A stretch of 64,000 nt of DNA from NCBI GenBank assembly GCA_013265495.1, contig MU058257.1:1443262-1507261 (forward strand). The letters run 5' to 3'. Origin of the DNA: Vicugna vicugna (taxonomy: Eukaryota). Of the stretch, positions 14,081 to 28,097 are shown piece after piece; the first letter of the stretch is position 1, and every line of letters starts with the position of its first letter. The notes under the pieces are model-generated. The model searched no databases. It was not told the origin of the DNA and saw only the letters and a list, made by a program, of their open reading frames with translations. Made by a program: the position numbers and the translations under genes.

Positions 14081-17000
14081 CTTCCACCCTGAAGATTCTG
14101 CAACACGGAGGCACCTGGAAATATAAAATTATTAAATTCTAACTTTAAGAAAAGTGTTAAGTTCAAATCTTAACACATGACATTCACTAACAACAGGTAT
14201 TCCTAAAGGCAAATCATTTAACCACTTAGTCTTTCAGTTCATAAATATCCTCCAAACAACACAGTGTTGCCACAATGAACCGTTTTGTTTGCTGTGCTGG
14301 GTCACATCCTAGACCATGTACATTCACCCTCTACAGAAGCCGAGAAACACTGCGAAATGACACAAGATGTATTATCAGTCTTACAAGAAGAATCTGCCCT
14401 TTGAGTTAATAACATGGAATTAATCGAGTGAGTGATTTCTCCATGTTTTAAAGCAGCTTCAATATTTTCAGCTCCAAACCTGAGTTTAATTAGCTATTGT
14501 TAAAATCATTTTAAAAATGGTCTTGGTCCTATTTGGTGAAGAAAGTTTCAGGTTTAGATCTCAACCTATCAGCTTTCAGCTTTTTATCTCAAATACACTT
14601 GATTAAAAAGAAAAAAAGCACAGTAAATCACAACTCATGTTTAAGAACTACCTTTTTTCTCACAGTATTTGCTGTCACAATATCCTAGGCTGCCGCCTCT
14701 CACCAGAATATACTATTTCATTATTTGTAAATTTATTATCAAACTTTTATACTTTTGTTTTTTAAAATTGTAGCCTCAAGACTAAGGTATGGAAAAGTAA
14801 AGAAACCACAGATACAGTGCTTACAGGTTAGCATTTGGACGTTTCCCTTAATGTCTGCTTTAGTTAATAAATCACGCGGTTTCTTCAAGGCATACTGTAA
14901 CAGCATAGCATATTACTTTATAATTGGGGTAAAAATGGATCCCTCGGCTGTAATTTTTTGACAGAATGAAATAAAGACTCCAAGTGAAAAAAAATAAACC
15001 AACCATTCCAGAGTATAAAAAGAAAAGTAGCCACTGCGCCACCACTCTAATTGCCAACATATTCTAGTGTTCTTAATTTACGGCTGCTTAATTCTTCTTA
15101 AAGGGTGGTGACTGGCGGGGGGCGGGGGGCGCTCATTGAAAAATTCCAGCTCCCCACGTCCTCACAAAGTCGGTTTCATAGCTGAAATCAACCAATGAAG
15201 ACATCACTTAACGGCAAGGTGCTTAAAAACTTAAAGGACATCAATTACATTTATTTTATTATCTTTTAAAAGCCACCAATGACTTTCAAATGGGTCATTT
15301 TTCCAAGGAGCAGGAGAGCTGAAAAAATATTGTAGTAACAGGACACCCAGGAAGCACAGCCAGTCCCAGCAGAGAATGAGTTCCACCAACTGCCCATGAC
15401 AGCTCCACAGTGTCAAAGTGACGTGTCCACCACTAGTGAATTCGCTAGTCAACGCTTAGGTCAGATGAACACTGTGGAATGGGCTTTTTTTTTTTTTTAG
15501 AATCAAAAAGGAAAATAGAGAGCTGGAGAAAAAATTGGTAGAGAAAATCTGCCCTACAGATTCTCTCGCGTGGAGAGAGAAAGTGTGATGAAAAAAATGC
15601 AAACAAGCCACTCAAGACAGCGGGGCAGCGGGGGAGCCGTCTTGTCAGGGTGGAATTGATTGCAACACTGCTTAACCATGTGGCTGTCTTCATAAAGGAC
15701 ACAGAGATGCTCTCATTCAGCAACGTCATCTCCAAGTAGTCTGCCAAGTGGGTTCCACCATGACGCCCTGCAAATCAGATGACCGCCGTCTGCTGGATCC
15801 ACTGTACACATTACTTCCCCAAAGGGAGGCGGATGAGATGTGCACTCGCCGGTGAACAGGGCAAGGAAAAAACCAGCCAACAGTCACAAGGATTGCGACA
15901 AAGTTCTGTTGCTTCTACATAGAAAGACGTGTCATGACAATTAACCACTGCTCAGAGTTTCCTGCTTTTCAACCATCATTTCGGTTTTCAGCAAATTAAC
16001 CTAATTCTCTCTGCGGTAGACACAACACGGAAATATTTCACTCTATTTTCTACTGCTACTAAACTTAGAGAGCTTTAGGGGAAAATTAGGCTGAATGATA
16101 ACACACAGCATCCTGCTATAAATAAAAAATATATATAATTGGTTTTGTCGTGAAAGGGCTTTTCCTAATAAGCTTGAAAACACAGAAGAGTAAAAGGGAA
16201 GTCTTAAAGACCTGCCGCCATAGCTAAAAAGAGGTGAACAGACTACCTAAAACCAATTATCTTGTAAGCGTTGAGGTATAATTTTTAAAATAAGATTTTC
16301 TTCAAAAAAAAAAAAACCCTCATTGAAATGTCACCCAGAAACCTGGTATTTCTCGCTGCTAATTACCGAGGTCTTCACGTTTAAGGAGGGCTTTGCTACA
16401 AGACGTGTCTTACTATTTACCCTAAGAAATGTGTAGGTTAAGTGATACTGTCTGGCGGGGGGAGAATGGAAAATGGCTGGAATTGGAAATTGGTGTCAGC
16501 TGTCAGAAGTCTTCTGTCCCCATCCACCCCCACCACCGACTCCGTGCTGGGGCAGTCCACATGCTCATCTAACTCAGTCCCCTGTGCTGTGTATCACCCC
16601 CCGTTTCTGCACCATCACGAGAGTCACTCACTTCCTTTCCCCAGGAATTCGTCATCTATTCCTAGAACCTTCCAGCTTCTGGTGGACACAGGTGTTTGTC
16701 CAGCCACTGTGCCACCCCATCTTTGACTACTGCTGGGGCCCTCGAGATCCTTGAGAGATGCCAGCTGCCCAACGGGCCGGACTCAAGACCCTGTGTGGCA
16801 AAATTGAAGACCGTGCTCTGGGTCAGCACTGGTCCTGGCCCAGCCCTCTGCCCACCTGGAGACGCACATTCACTCAAGTCAAAGCAAACTCACCAGCTCT
16901 TAACCTCATTCATCTGCAGTCCTCTGAGCCCTGCTTCTGTAAATGGCTTCTGATCCAAGTGTCTCCAGAAACTTTTTCAATTGATTCTGGTACAATCTTT

Positions 17001-17219
17001 CCCTGAATTCTTGATGTGACAGCAAATTCCCTCAACTCATCAGCCCAGTGATGAACTTCAGAACTGATTCTGCCTTAAAGCTCTAAATTTTAGCTGAGGA
17101 CAATAAAAACCGAGCCACGTATCTCCAGATGGTTCTAGCGCACCCCTATCTGAGTGCACTGAAGCCGCGTGTGCACATACATCTGAGACTTGAAGCCTAG
17201 CGACTTGCCCCGTCCCGTC

Positions 17220-17290
17220 TGTCTCTGATAGGCAAGGAAACTGAGCCCCAAGAGGGGTGTGTGTGGAGCTGTCCAGAGTCACAGCGCCAG
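17220..17290 (-). mobile_element. MIR core fragment
   Basis: ataggcaaggaaactgagcccca...gtccagagtcacagc. Confidence 0.5.
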
Positions 17291-20200
17291 CGAGGAAGAC
17301 AGTACCGGTCACCCCGCAGCTAGCTGAGGAGACCTTGGTGGGTCTGAACTTGGATGCTCCTGGAGAAAATGAAATTCCCAGGCCTACGAAGTTCACCCTG
17401 CGGACATCGTGAGTGAGACCTACGACTGAGCACCTGCTGCAGGCAGGCTCTTGGGCTCATTTAATTACACTTAACCAGAACTTGCTGGAATCTTATTATA
17501 TACTTTACCTCACTGATTCCCAAACCAACACATCAAATTGGTGTCGTCGCCCTCGTGTTCAGGAGAAACCTCAGGAAGCACAGGGGCTTAGTGATTTACC
17601 AGGTCATCCAGCAAAGCAGATGCCGACTCTACACCTCCAGCCACCTCAGGAGCTTCAGGGACCAGAGACAGCCCCAGTCACTCCAGGCTTTTAGACTGAG
17701 AGCAGCTGGTCAAAACAGCTCTGTTGAAACAAACGAGGTTAAGTCTTGTGTGGCCAGCAGCAATGAAATCCAAGGGACGCTGTTTCTGAAGGAACCTTTC
17801 TATGGAGCCCAGGAGTCTGGGCGCAAGGACTCATCTTGACCATTGGAAAGGGTCGTACCAACCGCCAGAGACCCACTTCCAGGGCAGTGCCGACACTTCT
17901 CGGTGCAAAGACACTCCAGAAGTCAACGCTGTCTGGGTGACATGCAATCCTGCCGCCTGACAGCAAGAGTCCCAAACCCAACCAGAGGGGGACAGCGAGG
18001 AGGCGTGCGTGCATGACTTCTGTATAATGATGTACTCTGGGTTTCTGGCTCTGTTTCTTTTTCTTCTTTTTTTTAATGTCAGCCTCCATTTTATAAATGA
18101 GAAAAAGAAAAAAATGTCACTTCTCATACGTCCTTCCCATACAGGGTCTTACATTTTTCAGTGGCATTTGTACGAAATTGCTACCATGATCGTGCACTGA
18201 TTTTCGCACTGATTTGTGGCCATGCTGGATGAATCAGGAAGAGAGGGCTGATTAGGAAAAGCAGAAAGCTCCTATTTAGGCAAAAAAACATCTCGGTAAT
18301 CAAGCATGATGAGACGGGAGCCTTAGAAAGGGGACGCAACAACTTGCTGGCGCTCTTGTAAATGGGGCGCAGTTTGAGTTGGTGCCGTATAGCGGGGGGC
18401 TCTGTTTGAAAGGGAATTCACAGACTTGAGATCATCATTTGATTGTGTACGGGTTTCATCAGTGCTGGTCTGATTAGATTTAAGAAACTAAATTTGTGTT
18501 GCTTGGCATCCAGGAAAAAAACAAGTGACTTTAAAAAAAAAAAGAAAGAAAAGAAAAACGGGCTTCTACTTAATGAAGCCAGAGCAGCCTTCAGACATGT
18601 GATGTGCCCTTAGTGGACAAAAGAGCCTCGTCAGGACCCCCAGTAAATGGCCTAAGAAGTGCATCCTTCCCCAGGTAGCCTGTGTGACGGAATCGAGTAT
18701 GCACTGATACGCCTAGTCGCCCGACACGGCAGGCATCCTGGGAGGATGCGGACAGGAAGTACTGCAGCAGTTAAGAACCTGAACCCAGCACATTAGCAAC
18801 TTCGACTTTACAAGACCCCCTTAAACTCCAAAGATCTTAAAAACATACACACACCCCCCCAAACAAAAAACTATGGGACCAGATATAAAGACTCCAGTAG
18901 TCTTTCAAAACACAAGATAAACACATAAATAATTCTGAAATAGTATTTACAATCTATACTCAGAGCCATTCAAGTCAAATGACGGAAGATGGGGAAATGT
19001 ACCTTAATTTTGGAGTTACAACCTTTTCGAACATCAAGCTATTTCAGACCCCATGACGTATTTTCTGTAATAAATTCCCTCTGTGTAAAAACGGGTCAAA
19101 ATGTAATTACTGTTCCATACAGGATTTTTATAAGGCTTGATATACTTCATTTTTTTAAAAACACACCAACACAAGTAACTGCACTAACACAAAATGCCAA
19201 ATATGCAAATGCAAGTCATACGCGAAGTAAACTTTCTGTTTCCCCCAACTTCTCCACTGACTTTATAATAAAAAATACATATGCTATTATACATAAAATA
19301 AAAAATACATATGCACACATTGAAAAATAGTGAAAACAACACACAATTCTGACTTTTCTAAATGCTTAATTTGGTGCTGACGTCAGCCACGTCCACTCCG
19401 AGCGATGCCAAGAGCGCCTTCCACACGACCTCTTCTCCGCGTCCTTTCTTTACCACTATGCTCCTAATTCTCGCGCTGTTCGCTTTAATGCACTATTGTT
19501 TCATGGCACAATACGGCAAATTGCAAATTACAGTTGGCTCAAGGAGTGATTATGAAAAATGTGATCACTGCTGCCTTTGCTCGAATAACTGGTAACAGTG
19601 AGAGACTGATTGAGCTCCCGGCAGCCCAAGTGATGAGAAGGGTCAATTTGAACATTTCTATTAAGCTTCTTTTGTTAAACCCAACACTCTGCCAGGTCAG
19701 AGGCAAATAATCATAGCCTGCATCTGGTTACCATGGTTTCCCTCTTCTAGAAGCATCAGAACAATTTAGTGAGCGGTGCTGCCCCGAAGGCAGTCCCTCT
19801 AAGACATGCTAATGAGACCTAAGTCAAAAAACACATCTATTCAAAAGGGCACTTGAAAGAAGAAAAAGTAAAAGACAGAATGATACCTTACAACACACCT
19901 TTTTTTTCCTATTAGGACAAAGATTCAGGAGTATTTAGAAACAAAGGTGATCCTAATAATTTCCGTGACCATCTGCCTGTCTGATACCTAAACGGGCATC
20001 CAGGTTGTAAAAGCGTAGAAGGTAAAGTAAACACACGCTTCAGGGAACCTTTTCTGAGTCAAAAATATTCATCCTCAAATAGGCACTGTGATTCAAATTC
20101 AACGTTTTGACTATCGATGAACACCTAGTTACAGGGGCAGCTGAAACACGCTCAAATATATTCTTACCCTTACCTGTTTACACAGCAAATCACAGTGGCA

Positions 20201-21865
20201 AAGACAGACAGATAACATGGTCATTGAGCTGGGGGGGGACAGACTTTTTGTGTAGCTCCGGGAAATTTCGAAAGATTAAAGCTTCCCCAAAGATCTCATT
20301 ATCTGTGAAGTTAACGTGTCAGTCAGCACTTTTTCTGTCAATGATGGAAACCATTTCTGTTGACTCACATTTCCGAGGATGCTCTCTGCAGAGTAAATTA
20401 GGAGACAGAACTTTTCACTTTGTTTCTTTCAGCTGATTTGCATATGCAGATTTAACGCTGAGGCGCTGACCTGCTCTTTCAAAGCCCAGTAGGGCTGGGC
20501 GCCACGCCTAATTCTCAGACCTGAGAAGAGGAGCAGATTCGCAGGGGCTCTCTGCCCACGCCCTCGTCACACCACCCTCTTAAAGAACCCAGCGCCCAAG
20601 CGCACAGCTGTGTTTCAAGTCAGTGTTCTTACAGCAACCTGGGTCCCAGCGAGTCTAACACATACAGAGGATGACGATCCTGTGACGCCCAAAACTGGCA
20701 ATGGCTCTTTCTAGAAGAGATCCTGTATTTTTCTGTGCCGGGGCTCCCCTCCACCAGGATGCACAGCACTGTGTGCTATGTATGACTCACTGGTGGTTAA
20801 GAATCCGGCTGGTGCCGAGGATCTACAATCCTGGGCTGGTTTCAGGGGTAGAGTGACAGGGGCTCAGAGCGCGGGATGTTTATTCTTGCATCTCCAGTCA
20901 GCACATCCCCTCCCCATCCCGGAAGGGGAACAGGAAATCTGACCAGTGGCCAACCACCACATTTTCCTTTATTCGGCTAAACAGTTCAGCAACTGTTCAA
21001 ATACAGAACTTGTTGGTTTGCGCACCCGCCTGGATTCCTCTCATCCCAACTCACTTCGGCCTTCTGAGAACTGTCATGTCTATACTGCCTGCTGTGTGGG
21101 CAAATGCTCGGTCAGAGCATGAGTGTTTGCCCAACAAACCCTGCAGGGAATGGCGCCAACCCCACTGGCATCGCTTTGAATTCCCAGGTCTGCCCGTTAC
21201 ACCTGCTGTTACAGGACATCCTCGAGCTGCTGTTCTGATCTGAACTAGGACAACCATGGGACATGAGCAAACCTTGCGTCATCAAGGACACTGCACACAC
21301 ACTATATGCATATACACATATTTCTGGATAGAAATAAACTATACATTCTTTTTAGCAAAGGCACTCAGAAGACTGGCCTAGGAACTAACGCAGGAGTAAT
21401 TAACCCAAGGGGAGAAAAGCCCATAAGAAAAGAACTTAACAAGTAACAGAAGTTGACAGATTTGCCTCTTGAACTTTCAAATAGCTTTGCACATACACTC
21501 TTCTACTTCGTTCTTAAAATGAAACGTGCAGAACGTGGAGATGAGGAAACGGAGGCTGGCAGGTTAACGACCGGAGGTGGCTGAGCTGGGGTGGGAAGAA
21601 AGGGCTTCCAACTCCAAACCCCTAATTCTCTTCACGGCAGAATCCTCTCCCCCGTTACACTAACCTTGACCTCTTCAGACGCCCCTCACGGTCTTCATGT
21701 TCATTCACATGCTAAGAGCTCACAAAGTAGAGCAAAATCTTTACTAACTGCACTGAAACCATATTCAAAACAAACTGTAAGAAACATCACCCTGTAAGCT
21801 TCTTAAATGGTGCAACATCAGCGAGGCTGTAAAATACTTGAAAGTGGTCAATGCAATTACAATTA

Positions 21866-21950
21866 TTTTTTAAATGGCGGTGCTGGGGGTTGAACCCAGG
21901 ATCTAGTGCCTGCTAGACATGTGCTCTACCCCTGAGCTGTACCTTCCCCC
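21866..21950 (-). mobile_element. tRNA-derived SINE (camelid-type)
   Basis: Reverse copy: tttttaaatggcggtgctgggggttgaacccagg...ctctacccctgagctgtaccttccccc. Confidence 0.85.
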
Positions 21951-22099
21951 AAATGTTAACTCTTAAGCAGGGTTCTTCCACCCAGAATCATGGCTGAGAC
22001 ATGGATGGACCTGTGGACAACCAAACACATGACACCAAAGCATTTGGGTAACTGATCTGAAGACCAGTAACTCAGTGACATCTTACACGGCAGTGAGAC

Positions 22100-22281
22100 T
22101 TGGGGGGCACCTTGACCTTGACACCATCAAGGTTTTGAGCCATCTGTGTGTTGGGGAGGAGGCGAATCTTGTGCATCCCAGGCTGCCACCCGTGGCACCA
22201 CCCCAACCTGTGACAACGGTGTAAGTCACCAGACATAGCCAAGCCCCCGTGGGGCAAGTTCCTGGAAGCTGAGAACCACTG
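22100..22281. mobile_element. MER20-like hAT-Charlie DNA transposon remnant
   Basis: tgtgacaacggtgtaagtcaccagacatagccaagcccccgtggggcaag...gctgagaaccactg matches the recalled MER20 end. Confidence 0.7.
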
Positions 22282-23229
22282 GGCTAGGGCTAAAGACAAA
22301 CAACTATGCTCAACGTTTAGCCTCATTATTTACCAAGAAGACAATTCGAAGGACTGCAGAGGGTGCCTGGTCTGCATCCAGTAAATGCTCCCCTACCCGC
22401 GACCCCTTCCTCAGCACTGAAGGGGGAAGGCTTCTTCTGCTGAGACGGCTACGACTGAATGGAGACAATCATCTAACCCGGAGGACAAGGTCTAGCTGGA
22501 GCCCAGGACTACATCTGGGGGACGCAGCCGCAGAGATCAGCACCAGGGTTGTGCCGGCAGCATTAGGACAGCAACGAAGACCCTGCTCCCCAAAACCAGA
22601 GACCTGGGCTGTGTGATGCGTAGTCATCATCACTGCTAACTAACAACCAAAACACCAGCTGTAAAGAACAGCAGCAAAGACGAAGCATGGTGCTTCTAGG
22701 CAGTTGGGCACTGCTGGCAGACACCATGGCTTCATAAACACCAGGCCCAGTTACTAACAGAAACAGCGCTGTCTTCACCCCCCCTTCCCAGGGAGCTCCT
22801 CAGGCTCCCCAAGTCGGGGAGATCATGACTGCTCCCAATGGGACACACAAGCGGGCTTCCCGGGGGTTGTGGTCTGTCCCATTCGGCCTTTCTGGCGAAG
22901 CTGAACCGACCAGGGAGCATGGGGGGAGGAGCCAGCACAGGGGCGAGGCCAGCACAGCGAGGGAGGGGCCAGCACAGTGAGGGAGGGGCTAGCAGCCCAG
23001 GACCAAACGGCTGCAATTTCAGAGGCTGGAGGCCGCCTGGCTTCGGAACTGTGAGCTGGAGAGGCAGCTCCCGGGCAGGCACCCTGAGCAGGCTCTGACA
23101 GCTGCCTCCCTGTGTCCACTCTCGTCCTCCTCCTCCTTCCAAGAAGAGCCCCAATCCGGGAAGAGAGGAAGTATGCCTGGTTAAGATAAAGCTATTTTCC
23201 CCAGCCTCCTTCAAAAACATGAACAGAAG

Positions 23230-23458
23230 ACAGTAGTTAAGAGCATGACGTTGGAGCCAGATCCTGGGTCAAAGTCCCAGCCTTGCCTCCCACCAGCCAC
23301 GTGATGCAGAGCAACGTGGCTCACAGGCCTGGACAACCTGCTTAGCTTCTTTGATAGGCTGCAACCACCTTCACAGATGTATTTTGAGAATTAAATGAAT
23401 TATACATTCACTGTGTGTTGCACACACAGGCAGTCACTGCATATTAACTATTTTATTA
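23230..23458 (+). mobile_element. MIR SINE
   Basis: gtagttaagagcatgacgttggagccagatcctgggtcaaagtcccagcc...ttgagaattaaatgaatta. Confidence 0.75.
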
Positions 23459-23619
23459 CCACGTTATTCTTAATTTCTGGCTCTTGATGGTGGCACTTCC
23501 GGGAAGATCCTTAGAAAGGGGCCACTCCACCAGCAGGTTTCTTTTCCCCTTCCTGCTTCTTCCTGCTTAAATTCTAACAAGATGACAGAGGTGTCACCAT
23601 GAAGTGACAGTGAGGACAG

Positions 23620-24125
23620 AATACATGTTAAGACTCTCGTGTTCACAATCACATTATTCACAGTAAGCCAAAAGGTGGGAGCAAATTCAGAGTCTGTGGA
23701 TGGATGAATGGAGAAACAAAAGAATATATTCCACACATACAGTGGAATATTATTCAGCCTTGAAAAGGAAGGACATTCTGACACAGGTTATAATGTCTGA
23801 ACCTTGAGGACATTAGGCTAAGTGAAATAAGACAGTCACAAAAAGATGAACACTGGTTGAATCCATCTATATGAAATACCTGGAGTCGTCAAGTTCAGAA
23901 AGGTGGGGAGTCACAAGGATGGTGCTGGGGCTGGCCGGGGTGGAGAACTTGAAGTTGCTGTTTAAAGGGGAGAGTTTCCATTTCATAAGATGAAAAGACT
24001 TTTGGAGACAGACGGTGGTGACGGTTGCCCAATAACATGAACACACTTAACGCCACTGAACAGTTCACTTAAAAATGACTCAAATGGTAAATGTTATGAA
24101 TGCTTTGCCACAATTAAGAAAATAA
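23620..24125 (+). mobile_element. L1 (L1MB-like) 3' end
   Basis: cacattattcacagtaagccaaaaggtgg...atacagtggaatattattcagccttgaaaaggaagga...cacttaaaaatg, ends ccacaattaagaaaataa. Confidence 0.85.
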
Positions 24126-26227
24126 GGAAACCTGCGTTTAGGACGGCCGAGAGAAAAGGAGGCAGTGACTCTGCTGACAATGAGGCCACCACACGACCAT
24201 GGATGGCCGGTCTGGAGACTTCCTTGAAATTAGAGAGATACAAACCATGCCTCATTTAATCCAGTCACGTGGGCCTGCACCACAACCAGAGCGCTGTCTC
24301 ACAGATGAGATCCTGGAGGTAAGGAGGCGAGAAGCAGCGCTTCTCCCCATGTGTTCAGATCCCCCACTGACAAAAGGAGACTGTTCTTCGCAGCGTCTTT
24401 GCAAATGATCCTGTGTTCACATCGACACCCCGACCGCTCCAGCCCTCCACTCCCAGCAGCCAGCTTTCTCTCAAGGCGCCCCCTCGGTCAGCCCATGGTG
24501 GGCACTGGAGGGCAGGAGGAGGCTGATGGCCTCCCAAGAAGGGAAGGGCCGCTCTGACAGAGATGACCAGAGCACCCACCGAGATGAAGCCCCCTATTCA
24601 GCCAGCACCGCTGTTCCAGCTGGCAGAGGCTGTCGGCAGAAAGACAAGGAGAAACAACAGCCTGGAGTCAGAGCCAGCTTCCTCTCCCCTCACTGCTCCT
24701 GGCACTTCGGGGGCATCCCTCCGGCCGGGGGCAGGACGCCACCGCACACTTCCTGTCACCCGGCTGTTAACAGCGTTTCTCTCTAATCAGCCGCTGTCTC
24801 TCAGCTGCGCGCACTCAGGACCGCAGCGGACCCTTCAGGAAGAAAATACCCTTTTCCACTGCTGACCAGACTACCTGGAAATAGTATGAAAACTCTGCCT
24901 TAGTGAATTAGACAACCTCCAGCTCACAAGGAAAACAACGTTCAAAGGAGTTTTGCCAGACTAAACAGACAGGGGTCCACTCTGCAGGTGAACAAGTCAA
25001 ACTGACAGTAAAGACACCGAGACCCATAGGGATAAAGCTGTATTTAAACAGGGGACTTTACCCAAAAAAGAGTTCCATAGGAAAACGTCTTATATATTTT
25101 TTCCTACTTGTTCATTAAAAATGAGAAGATAGACCTCAAATCTTAGTAATAATCTTCTAAAGTCTGGTTATTGTTTCTAACTCTGACCAAACAATAGATA
25201 AGTAGTTACGTTTTCTGCTTTTTAACAATTACTTAGTTTATAATGTTACCGGAAACATAACAGAAGTCAAACCTGTGTCACAGCAGGAAATACACATAAT
25301 TCCACTCTTTCCTGGGAAATAAATTCCCAGAAAGAAATCTAGCTGAAATGTTTCTGAATGCAACCATGACTATAAAGTAGAGAATCCACAGAATGATTCG
25401 TGACATTAAAAATGCATGTAAAAATAATAACAAGGTTTTAAAGTGTGATGCAAACAGGCAGAGCCCAGCCAGGGCCCCTCCGGGAAGGGCCCAACGGACT
25501 GAAATCACGGGCGCGCTCAATAACTGATTCAACGGCCCATATAAACCCATTACTGGTTCGAACGTTCTGGGAACATCACAGCCCCCTGGATGGAACATAA
25601 AACATGAGCAGGGTTGCCTTGGAAAACAAAAGATATCTGCAAATCGCAGTTTACTAAAAAAAATTTTGAAGCCACAGGGATGGAAGCCCTCATGAGTCCT
25701 GGGGAAACAGCGGCGGTCCGGAGCGCAGGCCGCTGCTGCTGCATCCCAGTGGCTCCATGTCACGATGTTCAAAAAAACAAACAAAAGAAGGCTTCCACAC
25801 AAGGTAATTTTAAAGCTGGCGCTTTGATGAAGCTGCCCCCTTCTGTGACCTGAGGACTGTCCTTGTTGCGTAAGTGGGAGAGGAGGCTGGAGGAGGCACT
25901 GTTGTCACTTTGCAGTGGAGTCATCAGTACCCGCTGGCTTGTTCCCGCACTGCCCATGGGGGACACGGACGAGCTGAGATAGAGGGAGGTAAACTCTCCC
26001 CCCGAGGGAAAGAGTGACCCCCAGACACCAAGACCAGCCATTCCAGGCACCGTCCCCCCAGCTGACAGCCAGGCAATGGCTTGCTGAAAAAAATCAATTC
26101 CTCCCACCCTGATTTCCACAATCCCTTGTGAAAGCCTGAAGTTGGAATTCACATGCCACTTAACACACCACTTTTACTGCTGAAGACCACGGAAATCTGG
26201 CACAGGATTTTGTGCTTGTGGTTTTAG

Positions 26228-26312
26228 TTTTTTTTAAATGGAGGTGCTGGGGATTGAACCCAGGACCTCGTGCACCCTAAGCACGCACTCCACCCCTGAG
26301 CTACAGCCTCCC
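26228..26312 (-). mobile_element. tRNA-derived SINE (camelid-type)
   Basis: ttttttaaatggaggtgctggggattgaacccaggacctcgtgcaccctaagcacgcactccacccctgagctac. Confidence 0.88.
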
Positions 26313-26578
26313 CCACCTCCCCTCTTAAAACAGGAGCTGATATATGATCTCTTTAACGTGGAACAAGCATTAGCATCAGGAGGTTCTGTCTGTGCTGAAG
26401 TCACACGGAGACACTCAAGTACAGCACGGAACAATGGCCACCGTGCCGTATGGTCCAGGGACCTCTCCGAACGTCAGCAGGTCCCCTGCAGCCAAGGCCG
26501 TGAGCACACGAGCACTGGTGGCCTCTCAGCGGGAGCACCGTTGTGCACATCCTTCTAATTCCTAAGGCGCACACTCCT

Positions 26579-26990
26579 AGTCTGCTGTATCTTCCAGATG
26601 CCGTGTTTAAATGAAAGCACTCAGTATTTGTCTCTCTCTGCCTGACTTATTTCACTCAGCTTAACAATGGCCTCCAAGTCCATCCACGCTGCTGCAAATG
26701 GCAGAATTTCATTCTTTAAAGCAGCAGATACAGAGAACAAACTAGAGGTGACCAGAGGGGGAGGTGAGCTAGAGGGAGGGGATTAAGAGGTACAACTATT
26801 GGGTGTAAGACAGACTACAAAAATATAGTGTACAACATGGCATCAGGCACAGTATTTTATAATAACTACAGAAGGGAGTAGAATCCTTAAAAATGGTTGA
26901 GTCCCTATATTGTACACCTGTAACTTACATAACACTGTACAGCAACCATATACTTCAACAAAACAGAAAAGAAAAAAGTAAAACAAAATA
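26579..26990 (+). mobile_element. Short L1 insertion with inverted 5' segment
   Basis: 26579-26717 is L1 sequence in reverse orientation, 26718-26990 is the L1 3' UTR forward with an A-rich tail; imperfect 15-nt flanking duplication. Confidence 0.8.
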
Positions 26991-27879
26991 AAGAATCGCA
27001 CTCCTGCCCTGGCTTTGATGGCCGCCCTCGTCTGTCCTCCTCTCCCTGCGGCGGCCTCTCCTGGTCGCCAGCATCTCCTCCTGCTGATTGAGTCCCCACG
27101 CTGAGCCCCGGCATCCGAAGGGTCCTCACAGCTGCGGCCTCTGCGCCCCTTCCCCACACACGTTTCCCAGGCAGCCCGTCCACGGACACTGTGGGGGCAC
27201 AAGAGTAACCTCCTGCACCTTCAGCTCCCAGACCTCAGCACTGCCAGGCCTCCCCCTTTGGCCCGCGTCGCCTGCGCGTTTACCTGCAGACAGGTAAACG
27301 CCAGGGTCAGCGCGGCCCGCGTCCTCCAAATCTGAACCTCCTCCGGGTGACTCTCTGCCCAGCTGATGGGGCCACGACCTGGGAATTACTTCTCAGGGTT
27401 CCTTCCCTCCTGTTGTTTTCCATCCAATCAAATAAGCAAGACCCCTGGGCTCCTCCTGAGAAAGAGATGCCACATCTTTGTCCCCTCAGCCACCGCCCTC
27501 TCTGAGCAGGATTCTTCCAACAGCGGCCCAGCAGAGGTCCTGTATTCTCTCTGGTTCAGCCCTTTTAATTTTTAAAATTAAAAATTTTAATTTTCTTAAA
27601 AAAATGTAAATTTTATCAAGCCAGTCCCTTCAATGGCTTCCCAAAGTTAGGATAAGGTTCTAACTGCGTCAGGAGTCCATGACAGGCCGCCCTGCCCCCC
27701 CAACCTCTGCAAACCTGGAAGATTCCTACCACCTAAGCAGCATTTTTCAAGTTGTGTTGCAACCCATTAAAGACGTAAAACTGGCCGGACTCACCCAGCA
27801 TTTTCCAAGAATGAGTTACAGAGCAGTAACAGTGCCCACGTGGCATCCGGCAGTCACACGGGGCGTTCTCTGCACCAGG

Positions 27880-28097
27880 AGGGGGTCTTTTGTACAGATT
27901 CACTCATTTTAGCTTCCAAGCAACCCTGTGAAGCAGGTACCATTATTATCCACACTTGACAGTTGAGAAAAGGAAAGCACAGAGGTGTTCATTAACTTGC
28001 CCCAGATGTAAGGCTGCTGACGGCCCAGCAGGGATTTGGACCCGAGCAATCTGACTTCAGAGTCCAGGCCCTTGACCTCTGCCCTCTGCTGCCTCCC
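27880..28097 (-). mobile_element. MIR SINE
   Basis: caaccctgtgaagcaggtaccattattatccacacttgacag...aacttgccccag...gggatttggacccgagcaatctgacttcagagtcc. Confidence 0.85.

Noticed and set aside
18600..18622. CTCF-like motif (minus strand ccactaagggcac)
   Set aside because: One base short of the core spacing; not supportable without ChIP data.
27563..27605. AT-only imperfect inverted repeat
   Set aside because: Low-complexity A/T runs give such symmetry by chance.
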